Shown piece after piece: positions 26,840 to 39,544 of a DNA stretch of 64,000 bases. Numbering within the stretch: position 1 is the first letter of the stretch; every line of letters begins with the position of its first letter. The stretch lies in contig OX597814.1 in the NCBI GenBank assembly GCA_951406725.2, forward strand, positions 180,668,001 through 180,732,000. The letters run 5' to 3'. The position numbers and the translations under genes were made by a program. This DNA comes from Octopus vulgaris (lineage: Eukaryota). Below the pieces are notes generated by a model, which had not been told where the DNA came from, did not search any database, and saw nothing but the letters and a program-made list of their open reading frames with translations.

Positions 26840-28259
26840 GATATAGACATAGATAAATAGACAGACAGATAGATGAATAGACAGACAGACAGAGATGCTG
26901 ATGTCAACAGGCATATATAACAAGTATAAGTATTGCATCAATTAGTCACAGCTAACAGAATTCACAATGTATACAACTGGAATATTCTTTGCAAAACAGC
27001 AAGAATTATAGATGAAACAACGTGCTAGATAACAAACTCTACTTATTCAATAAACTGAAAACTAAAAATATAAAGAGATTATAGCTTCTGGGTAATAGAA
27101 ATGTTCTTCGTGATAATCTCAACACGAGACAACACGAACTGAAAATAATGTCACTGCACACGAAATCTAAATAACACGCGTTTGAGACAAAAAAAAATTA
27201 TAAAAAGAGAACTATATTTGGCCGTGTTTGTGTGTGGATCGTGTGACCCGGTTTCGATTTTCTTTAAATTGTGCAACCAATGAAAGCCTTCAGGAAATAT
27301 GTGTGGCCCGCTTGTATCGATAATGCCCTTAATAAGGGCATAAGCGTTTGCACGATGACATTTTTGCTTTATGAATCTTTGACTCATACCTGTTTAAAGA
27401 GAAACAGTTGTTTGTTAATCAAGTAGACGCAAGGTGGTGTTGCGGCTGCCGCTGTTTCGCCATAGGTCATCCCTGAAAGTCTAGACCTATGATCAAAGAC
27501 TTACTAACCATGACCATCCCATATTTTTTTTTACACAAAGGACTACATTGTCAAAATATTATTCTTCAGTTATCAGAATGTGACTTTGGAGAATCATAGG
27601 CTGCAGTTTCTAGCAGATCAAGTGATTTCTTATAGGCTTCACATTTACTCGAATAGAGAGGAAATAGCTTCAAAGATCCAAGCTTCAATTTTTCTTTGTT
27701 TATCTCTACCAATTACATCAATGCATCTGAATGGCCTTCATTATCTCCTAGAGTGTGGAAGTTTCAAAATATAACATCCGATATGAATTGTTACTCGCCA
27801 CAGTATCATGAACTGGCAATGCGTATCCTACTATCTCCACTAGTGGCAGTACACCTACTGCGATTCCAGACAATAAACCTTATGTACAATCTTCAATTTA
27901 ACAGACATATTTTAGAATTACAGTATCGAAATACTTTATCAGTGATGCACTCATCTGTATCTTTCTGTATATTTATGCCTTCTGTCGTTGTAATATGACT
28001 ATACTTGAACTCAGCTACGTTCTGGAGTGCAACCAATTACATCGAATACCAGTACTTTCATCAACAATCACTTATTTCATAACTCCCAGAAAGGCAAAGT
28101 GAACCTAGACGCGATTTGAGCTCAGAACGTAAAGAAACGCCGCGAAATACCATAAGATACGCTGTCTGAGGTTCTATCGATTTAGCTTTCGTTGTTGTTG
28201 TAGTAGTAGAAGTGGTGGTGGTGGTGGTGGTGGTAGTAGTAGTAGTAGTAGTTCTTTCT

Positions 28260-28652
28260 AATTTTGACACAAGTAATATGAGGGAAGAGAAAAATCCGAT
28301 TACATCGGTCATGGTGTTGACCTCGGCGGAATTTCGACTCAGAATCTAAAGAGTCGGAAGAAACACTGCTAAGCATTTTGTCCGGTCAGGAACGATTCTA
28401 GCTTGAAGCTTTTTTCCAAAAACAACAACAACAATGGTTTCAAATTTTGGCACAAGGCCAGCAAGTTTCGGGAAGGGGGTTAAGTCGATTACATCGACCT
28501 CACCTCAGTGTTCAACTGGTGCTTATTTTATCGACTCCAAAAGGAGGAAAGGTAAAATCGACCTCGGCAGAATTTGAGCTCAAAACGTAAAGACGGACGA
28601 AATGTCGCTAAGCAATTTGTACGGCATGCTAACGATTCTGCTAGCTCACCGC
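28260..28652 (-). mobile_element. Two degenerate SINE family A copies
   Basis: gacctcggcggaattt...cagaa and aagtcgattacatcgacc motifs. Confidence 0.75.
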
Positions 28653-28689
28653 CAAGAAGAAGAAGAAGAAATAATGATGACAATGTTAG

Positions 28690-31260
28690 AAGCTGCAGAT
28701 GAGAAAGAACTAGAAACACTACTTCATGAACGTGGATTTACCAGAGAAAATGATATAATACTCGGATTAGAAATATGCGCCAAAGCAACCTTTGGAAAAA
28801 TTAATTAAGAACATTAAGCTCATATTAGATTAAGAAATAAGAGCAGCAGACTAAACAAAGACCTACAAATACCTAAGAATTGATAAAGTAGAGTATACAA
28901 CACACACACCAGTGAAAGAAAATATTATGAAGTAATATTTTATACGCATTAGATTAATACTGTCAACGGTCAGGATCAATCAGCTCAGTTATCAAACTAC
29001 TGTTACTACCTGCAGTCATAGCGTGCACAGATGAGATACTTCAGCTAGAGAAAGGCCGGTGTGACTAAAACCAACGCCAGACGTTCATGCCACATCGTTT
29101 GATCAAAACATCTGGCGTGGAAGAGTTGCATGTGTCCAGGCAAGTTGCCCAATCCCACGATGATGATGATGATGATGAGATTAATACTTAAAACAGAGCT
29201 GAATATCAAAAACGTAAGGTAATATGCATTAATATTATTGTTGATCCAGTTATAAGTTACTGAAAACTGAAATCTAACGAAACTAAACAGCAAAAATAAT
29301 CAAGAAAAATAATAACTGCAAAATCTGATAGAGAAAGGTTATATTTACTACGATTTCAGAAATCTATAACATTATGCAGGTGGGAACTATTATGAAATAT
29401 CAGCTATAGGACTATAAAATAACTTGTAAAGAATACAAACTAATACAAACATAAGAAAAGAACTGTTTCTGTCTGCAAGAAACCAGCAAACACAAAACAG
29501 AAGTTGAAATGGCAAATATTTAAAAAGAAAAACAACTAACAACAGAAATTATGAAAACACTATAATCTCAGCCATGATGAAATGATGTTGGAAAAAATCT
29601 CCATATATAACCAATACGTGAAAAAGCTGAATTGTTTGAATGTAAAGAAGAAAAATTTGCAACACTCACTAAGAAGCACAAGACTCAAAGCTAAGACTAA
29701 AAGATTTTTTTATTCCAGCATAGGATCAATGCTTCTACACCGGAAACCACTAAAAATCTTGTCATGAAGCAGAATATTTTGTGACACGGAAGGGACACTT
29801 AACTGCATTGTCTCTGACTGCCCAGCATTTACCAAGAAATAATAGAGCCATAGGCATGACACTTTGAAGATATATACGAGGTGGTATCAAAGGGTTCCCA
29901 GACTAGTTATGTTTAATAAAAAATAACTTATTTACCTAAGTTTTAACATCATCTCCTTCGAAATAGTCATATTGCACAGCAATACACCAGCGTTCCTGAC
30001 ACTTTTTGGAATCAGGTCTAGAAATCGATTTCTGTTAGCGAGTCGATGACCTTCTGTGATTCACTCTGGACCTCGACAACGTTATAAAAACGGCGACCTT
30101 TGAGCTGCATTTTCTTCTTCGGGAAGAGATGGAAGTCTGCAGGTGCTAAATCTGGCGAATAGGGGAGGTGTGAAAGCGATATGATGTTTTTGGCGAGAAA
30201 CGCACGAGTGAAGAGAAGTCGGTGAAGAATCCAATCCTTTGATTTCGCCGAATGTCCCCCTCAGACGCTTCAAAACGTCACAGTAAACTTCTCGATTGAC
30301 GGGGGACTAATTCTCTATGCTCGATACCACATTTCCGGAGGTAACGCTTGTGGAAAGTCTTTCAAATCGCTCATCATCTTCCAGGAATGTTCTTCCGCTT
30401 TTGAATCGCCCGTACTACTCGAAACATTGCGTACGATCCATTGCCTTGTTGTTGTAAGCTTGCTGAAGCATGCTCAATGTCTCTGTAGCAGACTTCCCAA
30501 GTTTAACGCAAACTTTTACGTTGGCTCTTAGTTCCTGTCCATGACAAAATTGCATTATAACATACACATGATGACAAAAACACAAATTTCACAACTTGTG
30601 AAGTAAACACAGCGATATCACTCAGCACACTGCCACATGAAGGTCACTGCTAGGTCCCACTGCGCATGCAACCGTGTGCTGCCATATGTTGGCGTGCTAC
30701 AGAACTAGTCCGGGAACTTTTTGATACCACTTCACATGTATATATATATATATATCTATGGGGTGGGTATATGTATGTATGTATTGGAAGTTATGCTATT
30801 ATTAGAGAATAACAAAGCAACTATATCTTTGAAGATACAAATTCACAGAACCCATAGGGAATAAAACTAAATATGCGTAAATGGAGAAATTATCGGAAAA
30901 TAATGATCTGGAAATAGAAATAATTACAATGTAAGGACTGGAAACAGAATCTCAATAATAACGGGTAATTCAGCATTGATCAAAGTAAAGTTGTAAGCAA
31001 AAATATAGAAGTCAAATCCCACGATATGTATATATACGTAACATATACAAAATAGTACTAAGTACTGTAGCGCGGACATATGCATACAAATAAATGCCGA
31101 AAACCCTAGGAGTAACAATAATGGGTAGCTTGCAACACTACTAGTCACCGCTGACATATTACCCAAAGCACTTTGGATGCAATAGAAATAACAGAACTAA
31201 CATAAAACATTACACTTATCTAAAGATCAGAATTATCCTCAATAGCACTCAATAAAAATA
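28690..31260 (+). mobile_element. Decayed R4/Dong-like LINE (RT C-terminus and CCHC/RLE region), interrupted by a mariner
   Basis: LKAKTKRFF for LKAETEGFI; CRIFCDTEGTLNCIVSDCPAF...HRHD (CCHC-like plus RHD). Resumes after 30785 with YKDWKQNL. Confidence 0.65.
29877..30734 (-). mobile_element. Internally deleted mariner transposon
   Basis: TIRs cgaggtggtatcaaagggttcccagactagtt / aactagtccgggaactttttgataccacttca. Transposase remnant RANVKVCVKLGKSATETLSMLQQAY...RFKSGR. Confidence 0.85.
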
Positions 31261-31529
31261 TGACTTATAGATAATATCATAGACAATTATAAAGATAACT
31301 TCTCATAATATATGAAATTGAATCGAATAACATCACCAAAATCACAATCAAATTCAGCGTGAAAATTTTAGACGTACCGCAGTAAATAAATCAGACATTT
31401 ATGTTATGCACTACTTGTATTCATCATATAAAATATGTGTTTGTAATTGCGTGTCTGCTTAATTATCTCTACTTTTATTGGTTCTGTCTTTTTTTTATAC
31501 CATCGGTAATCTTTATTTCCACAATTGTT

Positions 31530-31863
31530 GTGGCTGTGTGGTAAGTAGCTTGCTTACCAACCACATGGTTCCGGGTTCAGTCCCACTGCGTGGTACCTTG
31601 GGCAAGTGTCTTCTATTATAGCCTCGGGCCGACCAAAGCCTTGTGAGTGGATTTGGTAGACGGAAACTGAAAGAGGCCCGTCGTATATATATGATGGCCG
31701 GATAACTGAAGAGATGGCGGCGTGGCTTTCCACCTCGGCATCCGAAACGGAGTTTTATCATGGCTAACGAATAATTGTCACATATTACATTTACAGATAA
31801 ATTCCTCTATTTACATAATATCGACGTCTATTTCTTTCTTTTGCTGTATTACCATTTTTATCA

Positions 31864-31947
<84 letters not shown>

Positions 31948-32135
31948 TTATCGCCCCAACATCACTTGACAATTGATGCTGGTGTGTTTACGTCCCTGTA
32001 ACTTAGTGATTCGGCAAAAGCGACCGATAGAATAAGTACTAGGCTTTCAAAGAATAAGTCCTGGGGTCGATTTGCTCGACGAAAGGCGGTGCTCCAGCAG
32101 GGCCACAGTCAAATGACTGCAACAAATAAAAGAAA
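31530..32135 (+). mobile_element. SINE family B copy with a ~170 bp insertion in its internal (TA)n
   Basis: Head at 31530-31684, foreign insert at about 31692-31863, body resumes after (TG)n. Confidence 0.85.
31701..31759 (+). ncRNA. Type-I hammerhead ribozyme motif with a long stem II
   Basis: GAUAA CUGAAGA GAUGgCGGcGUGG CUUU CCACcUCGgCAUC c GAAA C GGA G UU UUAUC. Confidence 0.6.
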
Positions 32136-32499
32136 GAGAAGAAAAGAAAAAAGAATTTGCTTTTCAAAATATTTACGAACACATCAGTAATTACCGCCTC
32201 TGTGGGAAAAAAAACTATAACCGGTAGCTCAGACTAAGAAGCGAATGTTTACAAAATAAAATGTATAAAAAATCTCCAAAAAGCAATACCCCGTTATGTT
32301 TTCCAACCCAAAGTAAACTGAGTAAGCACTCGTAAAGAACAAAATTACTAAAGAAAAGCAAAAATAATTATGATAATTATATTTTTGCATGAAGTAAAAC
32401 TTGGTGATATTCCAGTTGTTTAAGGAAACACATTAGACATCCTAAACAACGTCAACGTCTACTCATGGTAAACAACAACAACGACGATAATAGTAATGG

Positions 32500-32958
32500 C
32501 TTCAAATTTTGGTATAAGGCCAGCAATTTCGGAAGAGGGGGCTAACTCGATTACATCGACACCATTGCTTAACCAGTACTCATTTTAGCGACCCCGAAAG
32601 GATGAAAGGCAAAGTCAACCTTGACGGAATTTGAACTCAAAACGTGAAGAGGAACGAAATGCCGCTAAGCATTTTTTTCCGGTGTGCTAATGATTCTGCC
32701 ATCTCACCGCCTTAATATAACTGTTAACATTAATACTATAAGTAGGGCGACAAGTTGGCAGAATTATTAGCAAGACGAGAAAGAGACCTATCGCAATTTG
32801 CGTGTCTTTACGTTCTGAGTTCAAATTCTACCGAGGTCGAGTTTGCCTTTCATCCTTTCAGAGTCGATAAAATAAGTCCAGTTGAGCACTGAACATCGAT
32901 GTAATCGAATTTCTTCCTTCCCTGAAATTACTGGTCTTGTACCAAAATGTGAAACCAA
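32500..32958. mobile_element. Two divergent SINE family A copies, head-to-head (32500-32712 -, 32745-32958 +)
   Basis: Family A core motifs in opposite orientation. Confidence 0.75.
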
Positions 32959-33051
32959 TGTTAATACTGTAAGTACAATAATTTCAAATTTGGTATATAC
33001 TTGCAGAAAACAGTATACGATCTCTTTACGTAATTTCTCAAAAGATTTAAG

Positions 33052-33109
<58 letters not shown>

Positions 33110-33111
<2 letters not shown>

Positions 33112-33575
33112 ATAAAAGGAATTCCAACCTTGTCTGATTTTCACGTTTTATTTACAATCTTATAATGATATAAGATAATATAATATAATAAAATAAAATA
33201 AAATAATAGAATGTTAAATGTTCATTCTGATTGAACTAGTACTTTCATGCATTAAATTCTGCAAATTTTGCAAAACCTAGCAATCTGGAGCCTACACAGC
33301 TGTATTTAAGGCACAGATTCAATCATCTCGCTACAGTCAAAAATTGTGAAGCATGACTGTCACCACTACTACATGAACCTGAAGATTGCAGAATTTAATG
33401 CATGAAAGTACTAGTTCAATCAGAATGAACATTTAACATTCTATTATTTTATTTTATTCTATTTTATTATATTATATTATCTTATATCATTATAAGATTG
33501 TAAATAAAACGTGAAAATCAGACAAGGTTGGAATTCCTTTTATTAATATATTCTTCTATACACAATCACACACAC

Positions 33576-33578
<3 letters not shown>
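33110..33578 (+). mobile_element. (TA)n-embedded insert with an inverted partial duplicate (putative Penelope-like pLTR remnant)
   Basis: 33110-33264 is the reverse complement of 33386-33545. Hammerhead at 33374-33418 and (TA)n on both sides. Confidence 0.75.
33374..33418 (+). ncRNA. Minimal type-I hammerhead ribozyme motif
   Basis: UGAAC CUGAAGA U UGCA GAAUUUAA UGCA U GAAA GUAC UA GUUCA: 5-bp stem I, intact core boxes, palindromic stem III (AGUACU). Confidence 0.75.
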
Positions 33579-33628
<50 letters not shown>

Positions 33629-34286
33629 TTCCAGAGAGTGCATGTTCTGGAAAGGAAGGACTAGTATAGCGATTAGTAAGGGATCTGGGTACTGGACATC
33701 ACAAGATGAATGAGAGGAAAAGAGACGAGTGGGTTGGAAGTGTGTGTGGAATTGGCGTCACCAATTAGATGAGAGGAGCCGAGGTCATTATAGCAGCGCT
33801 AGAAAAGGGAGAGAGAGGAGACAGTGTGCCTGTGGGTTACGATTAAAATATAGTTTTTGGTCTTTCAAACTTTCGACATTCTGATTGTTATTTGAAATTC
33901 GGTTTTCTCATACCCAGCTTTCCTGCGATCGGGCTTATGAACCAAACTTGCTGGATGTATGGCGACTGCTATATCATTGATGAAAAGAAGGATAGAAAAG
34001 GGGGTCAAAACCAAACCCTGGGGCCCTCTGGAATTAACAGAATGAGGGAGAGAAAAGGTTACGTCAATACATACGGTGATAATGTGATCTGATAGTAAGC
34101 TACCGATCCAAGAGATGAGCCGTTACAAGGTGGAGCCCTTACAAGGCAGTTTCTATGACTGATCGGCATCTTTTCAGACACAGTCGAAAGCTTTGCTGGT
34201 GCTGTGGGTGACCATATTGCTCTTATTGATGAAAAGGTAGATCACTACTTGGGCTTTATGGAAAGCATTCTGATTTTCATTAACGA

Positions 34287-34352
<66 letters not shown>

Positions 34353-34421
34353 ACACACACATACATACATACATACATACATACATACATACATACATAC
34401 ATACATACATACATACATACA

Positions 34422-34453
<32 letters not shown>

Positions 34454-34457
34454 CATA

Positions 34458-34558
34458 TGGCACCTTGGGCAAGTGTCTTCTGCTATAGCCTCGGGCCGAC
34501 CACAGCCTTGTGAGTGGATTTGGTAGACGTAAACTGAAGCCCGTCGTATATATGTATG

Positions 34559-34616
<58 letters not shown>

Positions 34617-34821
34617 GTATGTGTGTGTATATGTTTGTGTGTTTGTGTTTGTCCCCCCAACATCGCTTGACAACTGATGCTGGTGTGTTTACGTCAAAAG
34701 AAACCTATAAAATAAGTACTAGGCTTACAAAGAATAAGTCCTGGGGTCGATTTGCTCGACTAAAGGCGGTGCTCCAGCATGGACACAGTCAAATGACTGA
34801 AACAAGTAAAAGAGTAAAAGA

Positions 34822-34822
<1 letters not shown>
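34458..34822 (+). mobile_element. SINE family B, 5'-truncated
   Basis: Starts at tggcaccttgggcaagtg; has the internal (TA)n and the gtaaaaga tail. Confidence 0.85.
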
Positions 34823-34857
<35 letters not shown>

Positions 34858-34866
34858 TCTTTTACT

Positions 34867-34901
<35 letters not shown>

Positions 34902-36847
34902 ACATGTAAACGTACACGTATCGTTCGTCAGTTTCGATGATAAGTATACCAGAAGTACCTGTTCATTGTATTAGTCCGTAAATGGTTGTCTATTCTGCAA
35001 TAGTTTGTATCCTTAATGTGATCTTCGACTAGCATCAGCCTGACATTTAGTTTTTTTTTAAATTGCCCTTTGAATTACCGATACAGTCTACGTATGTGCT
35101 TTTACGAATATTCTGCCTCGCAATTTTATTTACAATGCTTGGGTCGACCGAAAGCTAAAGTAAAATATTCCACACAGGGAGAATGGAACCAGGGATTTCA
35201 TACATGCGAGGTGAACTTCTTAAACACATGGCTACGTTTGAGCCCACAGGGAAACACACACGCACACGCTCACACATATATATCTATTCACACATCCATA
35301 CATACATATATACATATGGAATGCTTGAACACACGCGCACATTTAAGATTGAAGCACAAACACTTGTATACTAAAATGAAACTCGTATCTCCCACACACA
35401 AATACACGTTATCCATGGCCTTAAACATGCATATATAGACACATCAACCGATTCACACGACCACAATCCTCCAACACCAGTCTTAACTGAAGCAAAAAAG
35501 CCTTACTAGTTGGTTTGTGGCCAACTTAAATTCGCCAACTTGAATAAATCCCAAAGGAAACGTACTTCATACATACATACATACATACATACATACATAC
35601 GTACGTACATGCACGCATGCATACACAAAAGCTTTGCTTTCTTACATTAACATAGAATAAAAACTCTAGTTTCCTTGCTGTATTTGTATGGCTGCTCAAT
35701 GTGACAATATCTTCAAGCCCCATCACTACTACCAACACTCCCCACACAAAATTAGTATTTCCCAAACACAACACATTTTCTCTTAATTATATTACTTCCA
35801 GCAGTGACAGTGTCGTCTATAATTTATTTCTGTCTGATTTTACAGTCGTACAGTAAAAATTATAATGACGATGACGATGTCGCTGATATGAGTTTAGTGA
35901 TAATTTCTATTTTCCACAGGGTACAGAGATATTGCAATACAGTAGAATAATAACAGATATAATAGGATCTAATGCACACGCAAAGATACTTACATACATA
36001 CATATATACCATACATACAATGTACATACATATACATAAATATACTTAAATATAGAAAGACAGAGAGAAAGAGTATAGAGATTATCTTTCACGCTTTTAC
36101 TGATTCCAGCCTGTGAGGAGAGGTATCTATGCATGTGTATACATGTGGTGAGTGGGGTGTGTACACACATTTATAAATGGGAAGATCCAATGGAGAAGAA
36201 TTCAGAGTAATGATTCGCAAAGAAAAAAGGAGCCACGAAAATAAAAAGAAAATTTTTTAACAGTAGTCTTTTGGTGATATCAAAAATCAGCAGAATATGA
36301 AATAATGCAGACAATCATCCTGTGGGGTGTTTGAGTTTACTTTCAATAAACAGCTTCTAAAGTACCCTCGGGAAACAGAAAAAAATAAGTATCTTTTCCT
36401 TTCCCTGCGTATTCTCTTGTCAGAACGCATTAGTTTCACCTGATTGGCAGTCTGAATGTCTGTTATCTTGAAATTAGGAGTGGTGGACCAAGATTATTTG
36501 CAGAATGGGTTCAGGTAATGCTGATGGCACCGTAAATTATGAATTAGTTGATATCAGACTTACTTAAGAGTAGAACCATTCGTCTAGCAGAGCTCTCTAA
36601 CGAGACGACGAACAGGCGGTGGCCCACGAAATAGAATGCTATAAATGTTATGCTACTACAAATGGTAAAAAAAAAGGGCACATTTTGGCTGAGAAACAAT
36701 TATATAGATCTATCGGTATCAAGTGAATCTTAGCAATGGCGAGTGGTGCAGATTTTAAACGAGAAAATATGAGTTTATCATTGTTATATCTTCCAAGATT
36801 TTGACTCAAATAAACTGTTTGTTTTGAAATATATCGAGTAATGGTTA

Positions 36848-36916
<69 letters not shown>

Positions 36917-36918
<2 letters not shown>

Positions 36919-37097
36919 TTATCCACTACACATTCTTTATTTTTTCTACCCTTGTTTCTTTCTGTGTTCCTTTCTGTGGAAGAGCATAGGCTCGAAGCGT
37001 TAGAGACTTTTCACTTCCCGAGCGTTATACTAATACATCTGTTTGTTGTCTACACCACCTGTCTTCGTCTTTTGGATTTTTTTTGTGAATTCTCCCC
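36917..37097 (+). mobile_element. Short (TA)n-embedded repeat with a hammerhead-like motif, copy 2
   Basis: Reverse-complement homologue of 6612-6810 with (TA)n on both sides. The motif lies at 36970-37005. Confidence 0.65.
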
Positions 37098-37101
37098 ATA
37101 A

Positions 37102-37133
<32 letters not shown>

Positions 37134-37138
37134 GTGTG

Positions 37139-37211
<73 letters not shown>

Positions 37212-37236
37212 ATATATATATGTGTGTGTGTGTGTG

Positions 37237-37302
<66 letters not shown>

Positions 37303-37554
37303 CATATATATATGTATATATATATATATATATATGTATAAAAGTAAATAAATGGTACAACGAGGCACCGATATTTACTGGAAAATAGCAATCGTAATAA
37401 ATACGACGCTATTGTATAGCTTCACTGCGTATATACTAGCAAAGACGCGTGTGTGCAACAAACATTTATCTACTTTTATATGTATAATTTTACCCTTACG
37501 GGCTATATTTTGCTGGAAAGCAATACTTTCGTATTGCATTATTATTTTCATATA

Positions 37555-37636
<82 letters not shown>

Positions 37637-37637
<1 letters not shown>

Positions 37638-38251
37638 CATTATATAAAAGGGCTTAGTAAAATAAATTACTTTGCCACATACTGAACTCATTAGAAATAG
37701 CAGCTAAAAAAACTTTTTTAAAACTATTTCTAATACTTAAAGAAAATCTCTCTCATATAGTGCTTGCTCAATTCAACTCACGAAAGTATGGGGGTAAAGA
37801 CATTAAAAAATCAAATGCAAAGGTTATTTGAGAACGTACGTTTCAAGATTAGTCAAACTCGACATTTCTATCATCAGCTCAGAACTCCTTGGTTTGGATT
37901 TGAAAACACTGAAAGTGGGAGCATACCCTTTCGGCTTCCTATCGCTTCTGAAGATCTGCTCGAAACTAACAGTGTCAACATACCCAAAAAATGCAAGCGA
38001 AGAATTTCTGCTCTCCCCTTTCCACCAGCGTGGGTTAAAATCAGCAAACGCTAAGCTTTTTCGGTAAATCCGAAACATTAAATAGAGAGAGAGGGTAAAA
38101 TTAATTAATTAATTATTAATCAATTAATACTTTTACTAAGCCCTTTTATATAATGTAATAATTTGAATTCGCCTTAAATGGTCCCTTTACATACTGAACA
38201 CTTGGTGAAATTGATTAATAATTAATTAATTAATTTTACCCTCAATTGTTG

Positions 38252-38255
<4 letters not shown>
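37637..38255 (-). mobile_element. (TA)n-embedded insert with a hammerhead and two inverted-repeat pairs (putative Penelope-like remnant)
   Basis: Inverted repeats at 37637-37662/38131-38156 and 38091-38125/38209-38243. Long (TA)n on both sides. Confidence 0.6.
37829..37881 (-). ncRNA. Type-I hammerhead ribozyme motif
   Basis: UGAG CUGAUGA u AGA aau GUCGA gu UUGAC uaa UCU u GAAA CGUACG UU CUCA, with palindromic stem III ACGUACGU. Confidence 0.6.
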
Positions 38256-38314
<59 letters not shown>

Positions 38315-39403
38315 GTATATATATATATGTATATATATATATGTATATATATATGTATATATATATGTATATATATGTATATATATATGTATATATATAT
38401 GTATATATATATATGTATATATATATATGTATATATATATATGTATATATATATATGTATATATATATATGTATATATATATATATGTATATATATAAAT
38501 ATATATATATATACATATATATATATGTATATATATATATTTATGTATATATATATATATATGTATATATATGTATATATATATATGTATATATATGTAT
38601 ATATATATGTATATATATATATATGTATATGTATGTGTGTATGTCTGTATGCATGTATTCGGGCGCGCTGCTTTCGCAGATTCCCATGACTCTGTCGCCA
38701 TCCAATTCCATTATTATGAATAAGAATTGGGACCTTGAATCGTAGTGAATCTTTCATTGGCTGATTACACAACCATCGTCGTTGCCCCTATACGGATACG
38801 TTGCAGTTACTTTCTTGATAGAGCTTGGTGGGTCCTGTCCGTTAATCTTCTGGGATTCCTCCGTTTAGCATCATTGTAAGAAACACTGTTTGCTCACTTG
38901 CACTCTTCACAATCCATCATGCTGCAATCCAATGAATTCGCCGTTTACCTAACAAGGTGGCTGAAAGGGTGTTATACTTTGCCTGTAATTATGCAGGGCA
39001 AGGTTGCCACCCTGTAAGTTGTTTTCAACAGGAATTTCAATAACAATAGGGTAGCTGCGCATATGTGGGCATATGCGTGTATGAGTGTACATATTTGGGG
39101 TCAGTACAAGCGCTGTTGTGTTTTGCTTTATGTCAGTGTAATTTTACATACAGTCATGTTCAGGTGTACTTATTTGCTAAACTTTTGGAAAGTCTTACAG
39201 ATATTGCTTTCTTGTATCTGTGATCTTCTAATTAGCTTCTTTCTCGTTTTGGGAACTCTAATTTCTCAAGATTGATTGCGATGCAGTTGGTTACATATCC
39301 AAGTGGTCCAATAATCACGGGTATAAATCTGAACTTGTAGTCCATGTGTCTATGTATGTATGTATATATATTTATATGTATGTGTGTATTTGTTTGTGTG
39401 TGT

Positions 39404-39483
<80 letters not shown>

Positions 39484-39544
39484 CAAAGTTATAATAAATG
39501 AATGTTCTAAAGTGGATGGCTGAAGGACGAACAACTTCGATTAT

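Noticed and set aside
34905-34936. Minus-strand CUGACGA-ACG-AUA-CGU near (TA)n
   Set aside because: The GAAA box is missing, so it is too degraded to call a hammerhead.
36424-36514. AG...GT-bounded candidate exon
   Set aside because: Stop codons in all three frames and no other support.
38650-39060. Possible LINE 5' UTR with an HDV-like ribozyme (ggcgaa on the - strand); similar idea at 56650-56850
   Set aside because: I could not assemble the P1/P2/P3 nested pseudoknot by eye.
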